From the NCBI RefSeq assembly GCF_009914755.1, contig NC_060936.1: a DNA stretch of 64,000 nt. The stretch is one strand, 5' to 3'. A model generated the notes under the pieces. It had not been told where the DNA came from, made no database searches, and saw only the letters and a program-made list of their open reading frames with translations. Of this stretch, positions 42,758 through 55,875 are shown piece by piece. The position numbers were made by a program, and so were the translations under genes. Position 1 is the stretch's first letter; every line of letters begins with the position of its first letter. The DNA comes from the human T2T-CHM13v2.0 reference genome, Homo sapiens.

Positions 42758-43988
42758 GGCACCTTGCTGCCCACATGCTCTGCTCTGCTCCCTACCTCAC
42801 ACTGAGGGTGTCCTAGGGGCAGGCTCTGACCTCACTGGCACAGGAGGTTCAGAGCTGCCTACTGCCTAGTCAGCAAGTCCATCCGTTCCAGGGTTAGTAT
42901 TAACACATCCACTAGCCCACAATCTGATCCACAGCTAACTCACCTCCTGCTGTTTTTTGAGGAACTAACAGTGGGAGAAACACTTGTAGGGGAACAATTT
43001 ATGTTCGAGAGTGTGTCACCAGTATTAGGCGCCCACTGCATACCACCATAAAGCTATAGTTTTTATTTTACTAACAGGCAATAGTCTTAGCCCACAGTAA
43101 CTCCCTAGATTACTATGAGAACCAGCTGAGATAAGGCAGTGAATGACAAGGTGGTCCAAAACCACAAAATCCTGTTAATTAGAATAGAGGGTGGTGGACA
43201 TGATTAAGACAGAGATCGAGACACCCTGAGAGTACAAGTAGGATCTCAGAACCAGGAATAGCCAGAGAGTGTGAGGGCACAGAAAGGGACATGAGGCACA
43301 GCCTGCCCTCAGCAGTACACAGCAGAAGGGGGGTGGGCCGTGGAGTTAGAGAGAACTGGGTCAGAATCTTGGCAGCCCCATTTACTGGCTGTGACGTGAG
43401 CCAGTTCCTAGCTTTTGGGCCTAAATTCATCTCAGTTTTCCCATCTGTGAAATGGACGGGCCATCTGCTCATCTGCATGCCAGCATCCATGCCCCTCTTC
43501 TGGCCATGGCCTCCCAGTTTTCCTTGAGGAGCCGCCTTTCCCCACTCTCAGGTGATGTTGTGAAGCAGACCACTCCCCCAGGTCCAGCATGGGCATTTGA
43601 CAGATCTGTGCAGTTTGAGCATCAAACTCCCACAGCCCGGTGGGTTGTTCTGAAATGGACAAATAAATCTGTCCTCATTCTGACACTTCTATTGAAACTC
43701 TCAGGAAAAGAGAATCTCTTCTATTCAGATTGTGAAGTGGGTAAATTATAAAACTGGAGTTGTCATAAGAAAAGTTGCCACAACAAGCAGCCTGATTGAG
43801 GAGGAAGTACAAGAAGATAGGACTAGGACTTGATATCTTCTGAACCCTGGATCCAGCCAGACCTGAAATCCTAGACTTTTTGGATATAAATAAATAAGTT
43901 ACTTTAATTTTGAGGAAGCTAATTTAAGGTGCCACCTGTAAACAAAAGTAATAGAGCATTTAATTTAATAATAAATTCCAAGTGCTTA

Positions 43989-45545
43989 TGTCACGGGATC
44001 CTTGGGGTGTCACTTCACCAGCCGGAAACCTCTGCAGCCAGCAGTGCCTTCTGCCTGAGTATTGTTTGTGCCCGCTGGACTCAATTCCACCCACTTGGCC
44101 CAGCAGGCTGCGCTTGGCTTGCACTACTGGCCCAGATTCCACACCTGCCAAGGGCGAGCCAGGCATGAAGCAGCAAGGGTTGTGTGAGCAAGCAAGGGCA
44201 GGGTCTGGCCACTGCACACAGCCAGGCACACCAGCTGCTGCAGTGGCGCAGGCAGCTCCAGGCACTGGCACAGGCACCGCCTCCATGCAAGGCTGCAGCT
44301 GAACCAGACATACCACAAGTGGCTTCTGCTGCAGGCACCAGTGTCTGGGCAGGGGGAACATGATAGCACCTGAAAGCTCAAAGATGCCAGAAACTACAGA
44401 GCCCTGAAGAGGGTGTTACAGCTCTGGCTTGGGGAGCCCCTAGGTCTAGGCTCCCTGAAGGGCCACAGCTCTACTCTCCTTCTTGTCACCTGCAATGTGG
44501 CAAGCAGGGGGATGTGTTTCAGCCCTGTTTGTGTTACAGGTCTTCCAGTCCCACCATTCAGCAGGTCCTGAGTTCTTGTCCCACATTCAGGAAGGATGAG
44601 GTATGCGGACAACTAGAGGATGAACAAGGCAAAGAGGTGCTTTATTGAGCAACAGTACAGTTCTCAGGAGATCCAAAGTGGTTAGCTCCTATCTGCAGGC
44701 AGGTCATCCCAATGAAGGTGAAACCCTCAGCAGAGAGAAGACCTGCAGTAGGTAGCTCCTATCTGCAGGCAGGTTGCTCACACATCCCAACATCTGTGTG
44801 AGTCTGGCTGAATCTGGGGGTTTTATGGGCTCAGAAGGGAGGAAGTGCATGCTGATTGGCCCATGGGCAGCCCAGAAAAAGCACCATAAGTTCTCACTCT
44901 GGGCCACAGACTCCACCCAGATCTGGCAGCCCAGCCCCCAGGCTTCAGGCCCTCCCTGGTTTGAAGGTGTTTCACCAAGGACCCACCCCTTTCTGCCCAG
45001 GAACCTATCTGCCTCCTGCCATCAACATGCTGTCTAAAGTACCCAGGCTATTCCTGCCAAGAGGCACCTGCAGGCCCATACAGAGCTGCCCTCAACACCT
45101 CAGCCTCCCTCCCATGCTCATCGGTGCCCAAAGTCCACAAGGGGCCAAGGCAGCAGGGGGTTGGTGTATCAGCACCACCCCAAGTGTGCACACACCCAGC
45201 AGGGTTGTGACAGCACTCAGGCTTGGCCACAACTTTGCTTCACCCCAGGGTGGGCACCAGGAGCAGGGAGAGGCCAGGCAGTGGGAGCAGTCACTTTCAA
45301 GCCTGTGGGGGCAAAAAGCTTCCTGGGCCCCAAGAAGGGATGCCCAGGTCTGCAGCATGCACCCAGGGAGCATGGGGCTCCCGCCCCACCCACTCAGCAG
45401 GGGGCAGGGCTCCCACCAGTTCCCAGCTCCTGCTGGCTCTTTCGCACAGACTCTTTCACACAGAGTCCATAGCCCCAGCCACACCTCCCCCGTTGCAGCT
45501 GGTGTCTTCGCAGCGGCCACTACAGATAGGCCACTGCTGCCATCA
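43989..45545 (-). mobile_element. MER52-family ERV1 solo LTR (about 1.55 kb, GC-rich)
   Basis: Ends TGTCACGGGATCCTTGGGGTGTC...CTGCTGCCATCA match the reverse of the recalled MER52 consensus (TGATGGCAGC...); antisense AATAAA at 44641. Confidence 0.85.
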
Positions 45546-45821
45546 CTTTAGAGCCATGCCTGGCACACAGTAGTTACTCGATACCTGAAAGCAAGAGCCA
45601 TATCTGGGATCGAACATAGGCAGTCTGACCTCACAGCCCATAGGTTTAACACAATGTAAGATTTTTTTCTGAGATTCCATCAATGGAGTGCTGAATTCAT
45701 TGGATGATAATCATAGGTGACATCAGAGGAATTCCTGAGATGCAATTCTCTCCCTCTCTCCATATGTATACACACTCACACAAACACATACATATAGAGA
45801 GAGAGATAATCAGAGATACGG

Positions 45822-46153
45822 AGCCCAAAACTGGGTAATTCATAAAGAGAAGAGGTTTAATAGACTCACAGTTTCACATGGCTGGGGAGGCCTCAGAAAA
45901 TTTATAATCATGGTGGAAGGTGAAGGAGAAGCAAGCACCTTCTTCACAAGGCAGCAGGAGAGAGAGAGCATGCAGCGGAAACTGCCCCTTTTAAAACCAT
46001 CAGATCTCGTGCGAACTCTCTCACTATCATGAGAACAGCATGGAGGAAACCACCCTCATGATCCAATTACCTCCCACCTGGTCCCTCCCTTGACATGAGG
46101 GTATTACAATTTGAGATGAGATTTGAGTGGGGACACAGAGCCAAACCATATGA
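45822..46153 (-). mobile_element. MSTA/THE1-type LTR, partial
   Basis: CTGGGTAATTCATAAAG...AAAACCATCAGATCTCGTG...GCCAAACCATAT. Confidence 0.85.
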
Positions 46154-46335
46154 CCAGGCGCCAATTAGAAGCTCTGATTGGCTATCAGGGCCATCATAAG
46201 AACTTCTAAAATGTGATTTTATTGCATAATCAAACATATCTGAATCATAAATAGCAGAAAAATAACAGTAGTCATTAGCAAATGATTTATTCAGAAGATA
46301 ATGTCTTTGAAAACATGGATAGAAAAGGAATAAGA

Positions 46336-46638
<303 letters not shown>

Positions 46639-47399
46639 GGCCCAGGCATTGAAAAGTGTGGGACACTGCTCCAGTCCAAACTAGTTGCTTTTAACAGAGG
46701 TGAGAAATGATGGGAGCCAAATTAGATAAAACTACAAAAGGAGAAACTTGATTTCTCTAAATTCTCATCAGAAATTCATAGTCCTGAGGACAAAACCAGA
46801 GGATGATGTACCCATCCAAATATATTTCTTTTTCTCTAACTGTATGTGGATTGAGCTTTCCAAAGAATTTATTAACATGGCAGACTAGTTGGCCAACATT
46901 TCTAGATGTGGAAACGTTCCCACAAAGCCTTATAAAATGAGCCTGTGACCAGCAGAAGAATCTGGTGAAGCAAAAGAGCAAAATTACTCTTCATCCTGTT
47001 CAGACTTGGCCAAGAGTCAGAAGAAAGGCTGGCTTGGCCACTTCACCCAGACCACCCACGTGACATATGCACACTTGCAGATGGAGATATACAAATCTTG
47101 ACTGTCGCTATTTGATTATTTACTGATCTCCCCCCGCACACCTTAAGACTATAATCTCCTCCTTATATCTCCAGTACCCAGAACCTTTCTTGCTGTACAG
47201 TAAGCACTCCATAAATGTTTGTTGAATTAATTCATTTTTATTGAATATGACATTAGTCAACAATGATTAATGTAGACTGAAGGATCAAGGTTCAAATCCT
47301 GGCTCTTATTGGCTAAATTTATGATCCATCTAGGCCACACTGCCTTATCTGTAACATGAGTAAATTTGAAGTAAAAATTCTTATGCCATGTTGGTGGAA

Positions 47400-49080
47400 A
47401 GGTAGATGGTTACAGACATTTCACAAAAATCTGTCAGCCCTGAGTGAAATTAAATGTGCATATGTCCTCCTAGATGCATATCCCAGAGAAATTCTCTCTC
47501 CCCATGTTTTATGGTAATGGCTTATGGTAACGGAAGATGCTAGGAAAAATAACCAAGTTAAAGTTATATGTAATGAATGTAGTCTATGGAATGCAATGGA
47601 GCAAAAAAGGCAAAACAAACCATATATCCACAGAGCAATGTGGATAGATTTCAATGGTGCAGTATTAACATGCAAAACAAGCAAGCAATCCAGAAACACA
47701 TGAAAAGATGTACAACCTCTCTCATAACGAGAAAAAAATGCAAATTAAATCTGTACTGAAATACTATTTCTCACCTATTCAATTGTTAAAAATATAAAAG
47801 TTCAACTTCACTGTTGGCAGGACTATGGATTAACAGGCATCTTATACATTGCTGAGGAGATGCAAATGACACATCTCCTATAGAGGGGAATTTGAAAATA
47901 TCTCTGTATTAGTCCATTCTCATGCTGCTATGAAGAAGACTGGGTAATTTATAAAGAAAAGAGGTTGAATTGACTCACAGTTCCACATGGCTAGGGAGGC
48001 CTCAGGAAACTTACAGTCATGACGGAAGATACCTCTTCACAGGGCAGCAGGAGAGAGAATGAGTGCCAGCAGGGGAAATGCCAGATGCTTATAAAACCAT
48101 CAGATCTTGTGAGAACTCACTCACTATCATGAGAACAGCATAGGGGAAACATCCCCATGATTCAGTTCCCTCCCACCATGCCCCTCCCACGACACACAGG
48201 GATTACAGGGATTAAGATTCAAGATGAGTTTGGATGAGGACCCAGCAAAACCATATTAATTTCATAAAGTGAGGTAGCATTTGTGCTTTGACCCTGCAAG
48301 TCCATTACCAGGAATCCACCCTGGAAATGCATCTGCACAAATACAACATGCATCCAGGGTTATCCACAGTGGTATTGTCTGTAATAAAAGAATGGAAGCA
48401 ACCTAAATTTCAAACAAGAGGAAATTAGTTGAAGAAACTATTGTACATTGTCACAATGGAGTACTATGCAAATGTAAAAAGGATTTTTAAAATTTCTATT
48501 TACTGATTTGGAATAATTTCAGCATATATTCTTGGTAATAATTCCAGCATATATGTTTGGAATAACTCCAGCATATATATGCCCAGGTATAGAACAGTGT
48601 TTATATGTGCACTACATTTCATGAAATAAGAAAGAGAAATGAGAATATGTGTGTGTTTACTTTTGATCCAAAAAAAGCCAGAAACATAAACCAGAATCCA
48701 GTAATAATGATTATGTTTCTGGTTATGAGGGGAAGGAAATAGGAAGGAGGGGTAGGGATGGGAAGAAGCCATCTCTGCATAGAATTTTTAATTTAGATTT
48801 GTCTTTTGAACTAGGTTTATTTATGTTTATTTAATTTATTTAAAATAAATTAAACCAAAAAGAGGGGAGAAAAGACTAACTCCAAAATCAAAAACAAATG
48901 TTTGAACACAATATACTAACTATTCATCCTTAGTGGGATATACTCTACAAACCAACACAACAAAAATTTTTGCAGAGAAATCTTAAACTTCATTCAGTAG
49001 TTTTATTGTTAGTAATATATTCGTATTAGAAAAATAGTATTAAGTGAAAAAAATTAAAAAGAATTAGGTTTAGAGCATAT
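47400..49080 (+). mobile_element. Old L1 (L1ME-like) 3' region, split by a MaLR LTR
   Basis: CATGAAAAGATG...ATGCAAATTAAA...ACAATGGAGTACTATGCA. Confidence 0.6.
47905..48258 (-). mobile_element. MSTA/THE1D-type solo LTR
   Basis: TGTATTAGTCCATTCTCATGCTGCTATG...AAACCATATTA. Confidence 0.88.
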
Positions 49081-49150
49081 TATCATTTGTGAAAATTACA
49101 GACTCATAGACTGGTAATATTTTACAAGAACACAACCTCATTAATTGTTT

Positions 49151-49220
49151 ATATGTGTGTGCGTGTATATATATATATATATATATATACACGCACACAC
49201 ATATATGTATATATATACAC
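49151..49220. repeat. (TA)n/(TG)n/(CA)n microsatellite
   Basis: Read directly from the sequence. Confidence 0.9.
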
Positions 49221-50194
49221 TTTAGGGTTAGTACTTATTGTAGGGAGAGTAGGACATAGAAGTCAGAAAAAAGGGAAAAAACAAAATGAGAGAGAGCCTT
49301 CACAGGGACTAATGATGACTATGTGCTATGAGCTGAGAAAAATGACTTACAAAATTTTCTGAGGCAAAAAGCAGTAGAGATATTAAATATATAAAATGAA
49401 TGAATTGATTTGAGAAGTTGCTGAGGTTGCTCCTGGCTCTGATCTAAATTTTAAATAAAGAAAGTTTGAAAAGACCTTGAGCTACATAATGGCATTCTTT
49501 TACTTCCACAATCCATTACAATGTCTGGCTTATAATAGGTACACATGAAATATTTACTGGATAATGCATATCAGTTATGAATTACATTTGACTGCTACTA
49601 ACAGAGATCAGGCTTCAGAAGAAGAAGCCTGTTTCTGTCATGCACAAAAGATGTCTAGAGATAGGCAGTCCCTGGCAAGGATAGTGGATCCATGGTCATT
49701 AGGAAGGGATACAGGCATCTGTCTTTCTGCTTCACTGACCTCATGCAATGGCTTCATCCTCAAGGTCAACTTACGGTCCAAGATGACTGGCCAGATGCCA
49801 GTCATTCCATGTACATTACATTACAGACAAGATAAAGGGAGAAATGGGAAAGACCAAAAGAAGGAAGACGAGTTTGTCCCCTCCCTTTTAAGGAAACTTT
49901 CTAACTTTCTAAAAGCTTTCTAAACTTTCTAAAACTCTAAGTCACCCTTGTGATTGCATTTCATTTAAAATAACTTAGTCACTTGGCTGCACCTAGTTAT
50001 AAGGAAGCAATAAGGGAGGCTGGTGAACATAATCAAAGGATGTACCCGGCTGGAAATTAGGATTTTATACTGAAGAGTCATAGATATCGGAGTTGGGTAG
50101 GAATTAGCAGTCTGACATAAGAGAAGGAAATGAGGCTTTTTGAACACCAATTATGTGCCTGGTGTTTAACAGACTCTACACGCATTATCACATG

Positions 50195-50301
50195 CCCATG
50201 TCTCATGGGAGACTCTTATACTAAAAAAATTACTTGTCACTTATGTAAATCCAAGTTTAATTAGGCATTCTATACTTTTATGAGTGAAGTCTAGCAATCC
50301 T
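50195..50301. mobile_element. MER53-like MITE, one half
   Basis: CTTATACTAAAAAAATTACTTG...AAGTTTAATTAGGC...CTAGCAATCCT. Confidence 0.55.
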
Positions 50302-52771
50302 ACACACTTGCTGAAATGTGACTAAGGCTGGTGGTACAGCAATGAGCTCACTGGCTTAGTGATAAAGCCAGCAGGCTCCGGAGTCTGCCAGGGTGCAAAT
50401 CTCCATTGACTATATGAGCTTGAACAACTGCCTACTCTTTTTCTCCATGTCAACTTCTTCCATTGTAAAAGAAGAATAATTGTCTCTATCTCTTATGGCA
50501 GCTGTAGGATCAGATGAGTTATATGAGCAAAATACCTAGGACTGAGTGTGCCTAAATAGATACAGGGAGTGAGTTTTGTTCTCACTTGGACAGGAATGAC
50601 CCTGTCCTTCAACTTTCAGTCCCTCCTGACTGACACCCTGGTTGGCTGTGGCCTAGTAACATGGGTTAACATCAACCCTCTCTATTTCAGTAATTATTAA
50701 AACTAATAATGATGATTAATCATAATTAGCAGTAATTGTAGTCAACCATCCCACTGTACTTTATAATGTATGAAAACAACTTCCCTTACATTATCTCTGC
50801 TATTATTTTCCATTTTGCTACCTGTAAAATATCAGTGATATTCACAACGATATCCTCCTCGGAGAGTGATGTGAACACTAAGTGAGATCATGTGTGTCAG
50901 ATGCCTAGCACAGAGTAGGTGATCAAGAGTTCACATGCTTAATTCCTAAACTCTACTGCATAGGCCTACATGTGTGCAAAACTAGTGAATATTTATGTAT
51001 CGAATATTTATTTTCTATATTTGAATATTGAATGTATATCTATATTGAGTATACGTATATATTGCATATTTATCATAAATAACGCCTAAATGAACCAATT
51101 CTTGTCAGTGCTCATAAGTCACCTTCACAGATGGTTTTTATTGGAGGTCATCCCAGGGAACTTTTGAATTGGGGTTTCCTCTCTGTGGAGCCTGAGCTTG
51201 GCTTGTTTCCATTTAGCCTGGTCCTCACACCAGTGACAGTAACTAAACCACTTTTAATCAGTGGCCTATGACTGGACCTGCTCCAGATATCTCAAATCAG
51301 GAAATAGATCACAAACGAGGCCTTCTTTTTGTTCTTTCTGTCACTGGCCTGGCTCAGAGCTGGGAGGATAATGGGGCAGGAGAAGAGAGCTGTGTTAAGG
51401 ATGCCAGATAGGGCTCAGAGTACTGAGTGCACTGGGTGGAGCCCCTAACCCACAGACTGGTCTCTATGATTAGCGTCCATTGTACCCAGGCAGAGTCCCA
51501 GGTGGGTGGGATTCCATCTCATTTCCTTTGCAATGCTTGGTGGAGAAGGACAGTAAAGGGGGCAAGGAGAGGCAAGACAGAAGATGAGGTTCCCCAGTGG
51601 TGGTCTCATCAGCAGAGCCTCAACATCCCTTGTCTAAATTTCAAGTTGAGAGAGAGTAGGCCATGCTACACAATATATACTAACAAAAGGGGACCAACTC
51701 AGAACAGATGTCTGAAAGCATATTTCACTAAATAGGGAAAAATAATTAAAGTTCTGCCATGCCCAAGCCTCAAAAGCAAACGGGTCAGAGCTGTTTGGCC
51801 AGCTACTGCTCCCATTCAACCTGTCTCCCCAGAGTTCTCTGAACCACGCACCAGATAGAATCCACCTGCCTCTTCTTTCCTCAGAAAGGATCTGAAACTT
51901 GACTGTCACTGCAAGAAGAGGCCACAGGATGTGCATATAAAGTAGGTGACCTGAGTTCAAGTTTGAGCTCTGCCCTGTACAAGCTCAGGATCTTGGGAAA
52001 GGAGCTTCACCTTCCTGGCAGCCTTGGTTTCCTTATCTATTAAGTGGGGATAATAGTAGTTCCCTGCTGGGTTGTTATGTGGATTAAATGAGATGGTACA
52101 GGATGATTTGCCATTTTCTGTGAGTCATTTTTTGGCTGCACAGCAGTTGAACCTTCTGGGCCTGTGACCCAGCCAGACACACCTGCTCAGAGTTTTAAAT
52201 CTCAAAGTAATGATCCACAGACGCAGGGACAAGGCAGGATCCATTTAGGCAATACTGTATTCACCAGAACCATCCCATTTTCTAGAGCAGTGGTACCGCT
52301 AGCAATGCCCAATGGCCAAAGGCCAGAGCTGGCTGTGGTAGCAAAGCCGCCACAATGCCAGGGGACAGCCAGGGTAGCTGTGGTCCACCCAACACCCTGG
52401 CTCTATGGTCCAATTTTGGCTGAGTTCTGGCCACCTTGCTTCCTCTATATTCCCAACTATTTCCCAAGCCTTGTTTTCCAGCCTTCTTGGAGTTTCTGGG
52501 AGATGCCTTATATTCTTTCATAAATTTTCTTTCTGGCTTAGATTAGCCAAAGACCCTTTCTATTCCTTACAACTCAGATCCCGGTCTGGTATAGCAGTCA
52601 AAGGACTTGGCATGGTGTCTGGTCCGCAGCAAATGTTCAGTGTATGCTAATTTCCCTGTGTGTCAGTGATGTCTCCTTCCTATTTCTGTTCCCTCATAAC
52701 CATAAACATAATCATTATTATTGGTTTCTGATTTATCTTTCTGGCTTTTTTGTGTGTGTTAGTTTTCTATT

Positions 52772-53325
52772 TGTATTAGTTTGTATTGGGGCTGCCATAA
52801 CAAAGTACCACAAATTTAGGGGCTTACAAACAAAAACCATTCATTATATCAGGGTTCTGTAGCTCAGATGTCTGGCATGGCATGGCTGAACTCTGCTCAG
52901 GATCTAACAAGGCTGAAAAGGTGCCTGCAGAGCTGCATTCTCTTCTAGAGGCTCTAGGCTGAAGCCCCTTCCAAGCTCACTCGGGTTGCTGAAAGAATTC
53001 AGCTCCTTCCAGCTGTAGGACTGAGGTTCCCATTTCCTTGACCTGGGACCCCCTCCATCTTCAAGCCAGCAACAGAGCTTTGAATCCTTCCCATTCTTAA
53101 AATCTCTCTGACTTTCCCTTCTGCATTCCCCTTCTGCAATTAAGGGCTTGTGTGATTACACTGAGCCTACCTGGCTAATCCAGGATAATGTCCCTATCTT
53201 AAGTCAACTCATTGCTAACCTAGATTTCCTCTGCAAAGTCCCTTTTGCCATGGAAGTAACTAACATGCAATGCCCCCAGAATTAGGGCTGGAGTCTTGTG
53301 GGGGCTGTGAGCCTGCCCACTACAC
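52772..53325 (-). mobile_element. MLT1D/E LTR
   Basis: TGTATTAGTTTG...GCTGCCATAACAAAGTACCACAA...ATCCAGGATAATGTCCCTATCTTAAG. Confidence 0.8.
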
Positions 53326-54744
53326 TCTCCTTCCCAAAGTCACCTGGAAAATGCCTCCATTTTCTCTTCTTGCTAAAACTGTTGGTATCACCTGGACAAT
53401 GTTTTCAAGTGATATCTGTGGCAATGTGCTGGAGGAAGCAGAGAAGAGACCAAGCAGTCAGGGACTCGGCTCCAAAAATATCTAAAGAGCTTCAGTGAAA
53501 GATGAAGAGAGCGGAAACCAGGCAGAGAAAGCAGAAGGGGCACCGAGAGTGATGAGGAAACCAACTAGAGATGGAGGGAGGGAAAGGAGAGGGGAGGCAG
53601 GAAGCAAAGCTGGCTCTTCCCAGCCTTCCATCCAGGCATCCCGTGCCAGAAGGCAAAATGCAAAACCAACAACGAGGAGAGGCAGATTTGCTAAGTGAGA
53701 AGAAAGGGATTTTTACTTGAACACGTTGAATTTGAGAGGCCTGAAGAACAAAGTGAAGATGTGTCTCCATGTCCAGGGAGGAGGCAGAGGAAACTTGAGA
53801 AAACTCAAGCTAAAATAAAATAAAAAATATATAAAATAAAATTTTAATAGTGAAAGCAAAGGAGAGAGAGGGAGGAGAAACTCAGAGTGGAAAGGACAGG
53901 CAGGGGAGGAAGGACGAGAAGCAGTGTCTCAGACATACTGACAGCGCCGCACAGGAGTCACAGCTCCCGGCTCTGGCTGCTCACAACACGTGATTTCAAA
54001 TTCCCATCTGCTGCAGAAGGCTTTTATGCTTTCATGTGAGTCTGCGGCCCAGCACAGGCCTGCAGATATAAAGGCTGCTTAGGGATGTTCTGGAACTCCA
54101 GATGGCACCCTGGGATTCCTGCCTACATGCCTTATGCTTCCTGGGCCCAAGAAAGATGCTGCCACCTGAATTCTCCCCCGTTCCTGCCCACCATCTCGAA
54201 ATGACTCGCACAGCAGCCTCTCCCTCTCTCCCTCTCCTTTCCCCTTTCTGCTCCTTAGGTCTCTGCCCCAGGATATAATGGAAAGACCAAGGATTCTGGA
54301 ATCTGACCTCTGGAACCTAGGTCAGTATCTTCATCAGCTGTGTACCCTTGAGCAAGTTACTTAGCGTCTCTGAGGCTGATTGTTCACATATAGAATGGAA
54401 TCAGCAACACCTATCTCAATAGGCCTGTTGTGGGTTAAATGCCTAGCACAGTGCCTGGCAAGAAGGAGAAGCCCAATCGATGTCTGTCCCCATCCTCCAG
54501 CCTGGCACACAGGCCTGTGGGTCTGTTTTCAGAGGCAAACAGGTCCAGCCAAAACCCCCAGGGCCAGGATGACTACGCTGAGCACAGCTTTATGGTCGGG
54601 GAACTGAGTTGCCATCTGTCTTTGCTACTGATTGATACAATCTTTGGCCCGTTATCACCATGGCCTCACTGAGCCCTGATTTCCTCATCTATAATATAGG
54701 GACAGTGACAGCATGCACCTCCACTGAGGATCTCTTATTTGCCC

Positions 54745-55114
54745 TGTATTAGTCTGTTCTCATGCTGCTAATAAGGACATACCCATGACTGTTTAATTTA
54801 TAAAGGAAGGAGGTTTAATTGACTCACAGTTCCATATGGCCGGAGAGGTCTCACAATCATGGCAGAAGGCAAGGAGGAGTAAGGTCTCATCTCACATGGT
54901 GGCAGGCAAGAAGAGAGCGTATGCAGGGGAACTCCCCTTTATAAAACCATCAGCTCAGCTCTCGTGAGACTTATTCACTATCACCAGAACATCATGGGGA
55001 AAACCTGTCCCCATTATTCAATTACCTTCCACCAAGTTCCTCCCAGACATGTGAGAACTATGGGAGCTACAATTCAAGATGAGATTTGGGTGGAGATACA
55101 GCCAAACCCTATCA
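54745..55114 (-). mobile_element. THE1 solo LTR with a perfect 5-bp TSD
   Basis: TGTATTAGTCTGTTCTCATGCTGCTAATAA...CCCTATCA; TGCCC at 54740-54744 and 55115-55119. Confidence 0.92.
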
Positions 55115-55361
55115 TGCCCCTTCAGGTGCATTCTCCACCTGCTCTGAGCCTTGGAAGCTGACCTGTGTCAACTACAGGAAGGGATATCCACCCTCTGACT
55201 TCAGCAGAGGTTCAGCAGTCATTTCCCAGGCTCCCTCCCTGCAAGTTCACCTCTGGCTGGCTGCTTTCCCTGGTGACAGCTCCTGTCAAGGAAGCCCTCT
55301 TGATAGCTCTCTCCTTCTAGAGTCCAGCAACTGCTCCCTTCCTCACACTGTCATTACTATC

Positions 55362-55875
55362 TGTGTAGGGAAAAACTCTCTCAAACTTTGCTTTTCTTCT
55401 GCTTTCACACCACCACAACAATCATCAACACAGAAGACTTTTGTAACAAAGATGTGGAGATTCGTCCCCACACACCAAGCAGCAGACACCAGTTGGGCAT
55501 CCTCCAATTCAATTCCAACACTATCTACCTGGAGATAGGGTCAGTCCCCAAGACTCCCTTTCTCTCCTGCACCAAGACACCAGTCACAAGTCTGGACTTC
55601 TAGAAGTTCTGACCAAGTGGCTTCAAGTTGGGGTTCCCACGACCCCTGTTTTGGGTTTAATTAATTTGTTAAGGCAGCCAGAACTCAGGGAAATAACTTA
55701 AGTTGACTGGTTTATTATAAAGGATATTGCAAAGGATACAGATGAAGAGATACTAGGGTGAGGAATGAGGGGAAGGGGTGCAGAGTTTCCATGCTTTCTC
55801 TTGCTTGGAACATGTGCAAGTTCCTGGGTGCACCACCCTCCAGGAACTTCCACATGTTCAGGTATCCAGAAGCTG
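55362..55875 (-). mobile_element. MER21-family LTR, partial
   Basis: CAACACAGAAGACTT...CCCCACACACCAAGCAGCAGACACCAG...ACTATCTACCTGGAGATAG. Confidence 0.75.

Noticed and set aside
42007-42869. Long ORFs of 185-266 aa
   Set aside because: Artefacts of a CT-only tract that lacks stop codons.
43929-45573. Cluster of overlapping ORFs up to 231 aa, and a possible CpG island
   Set aside because: They lie within a GC-rich MER52-like LTR, show no protein similarity I recognise, and CpGs are depleted.
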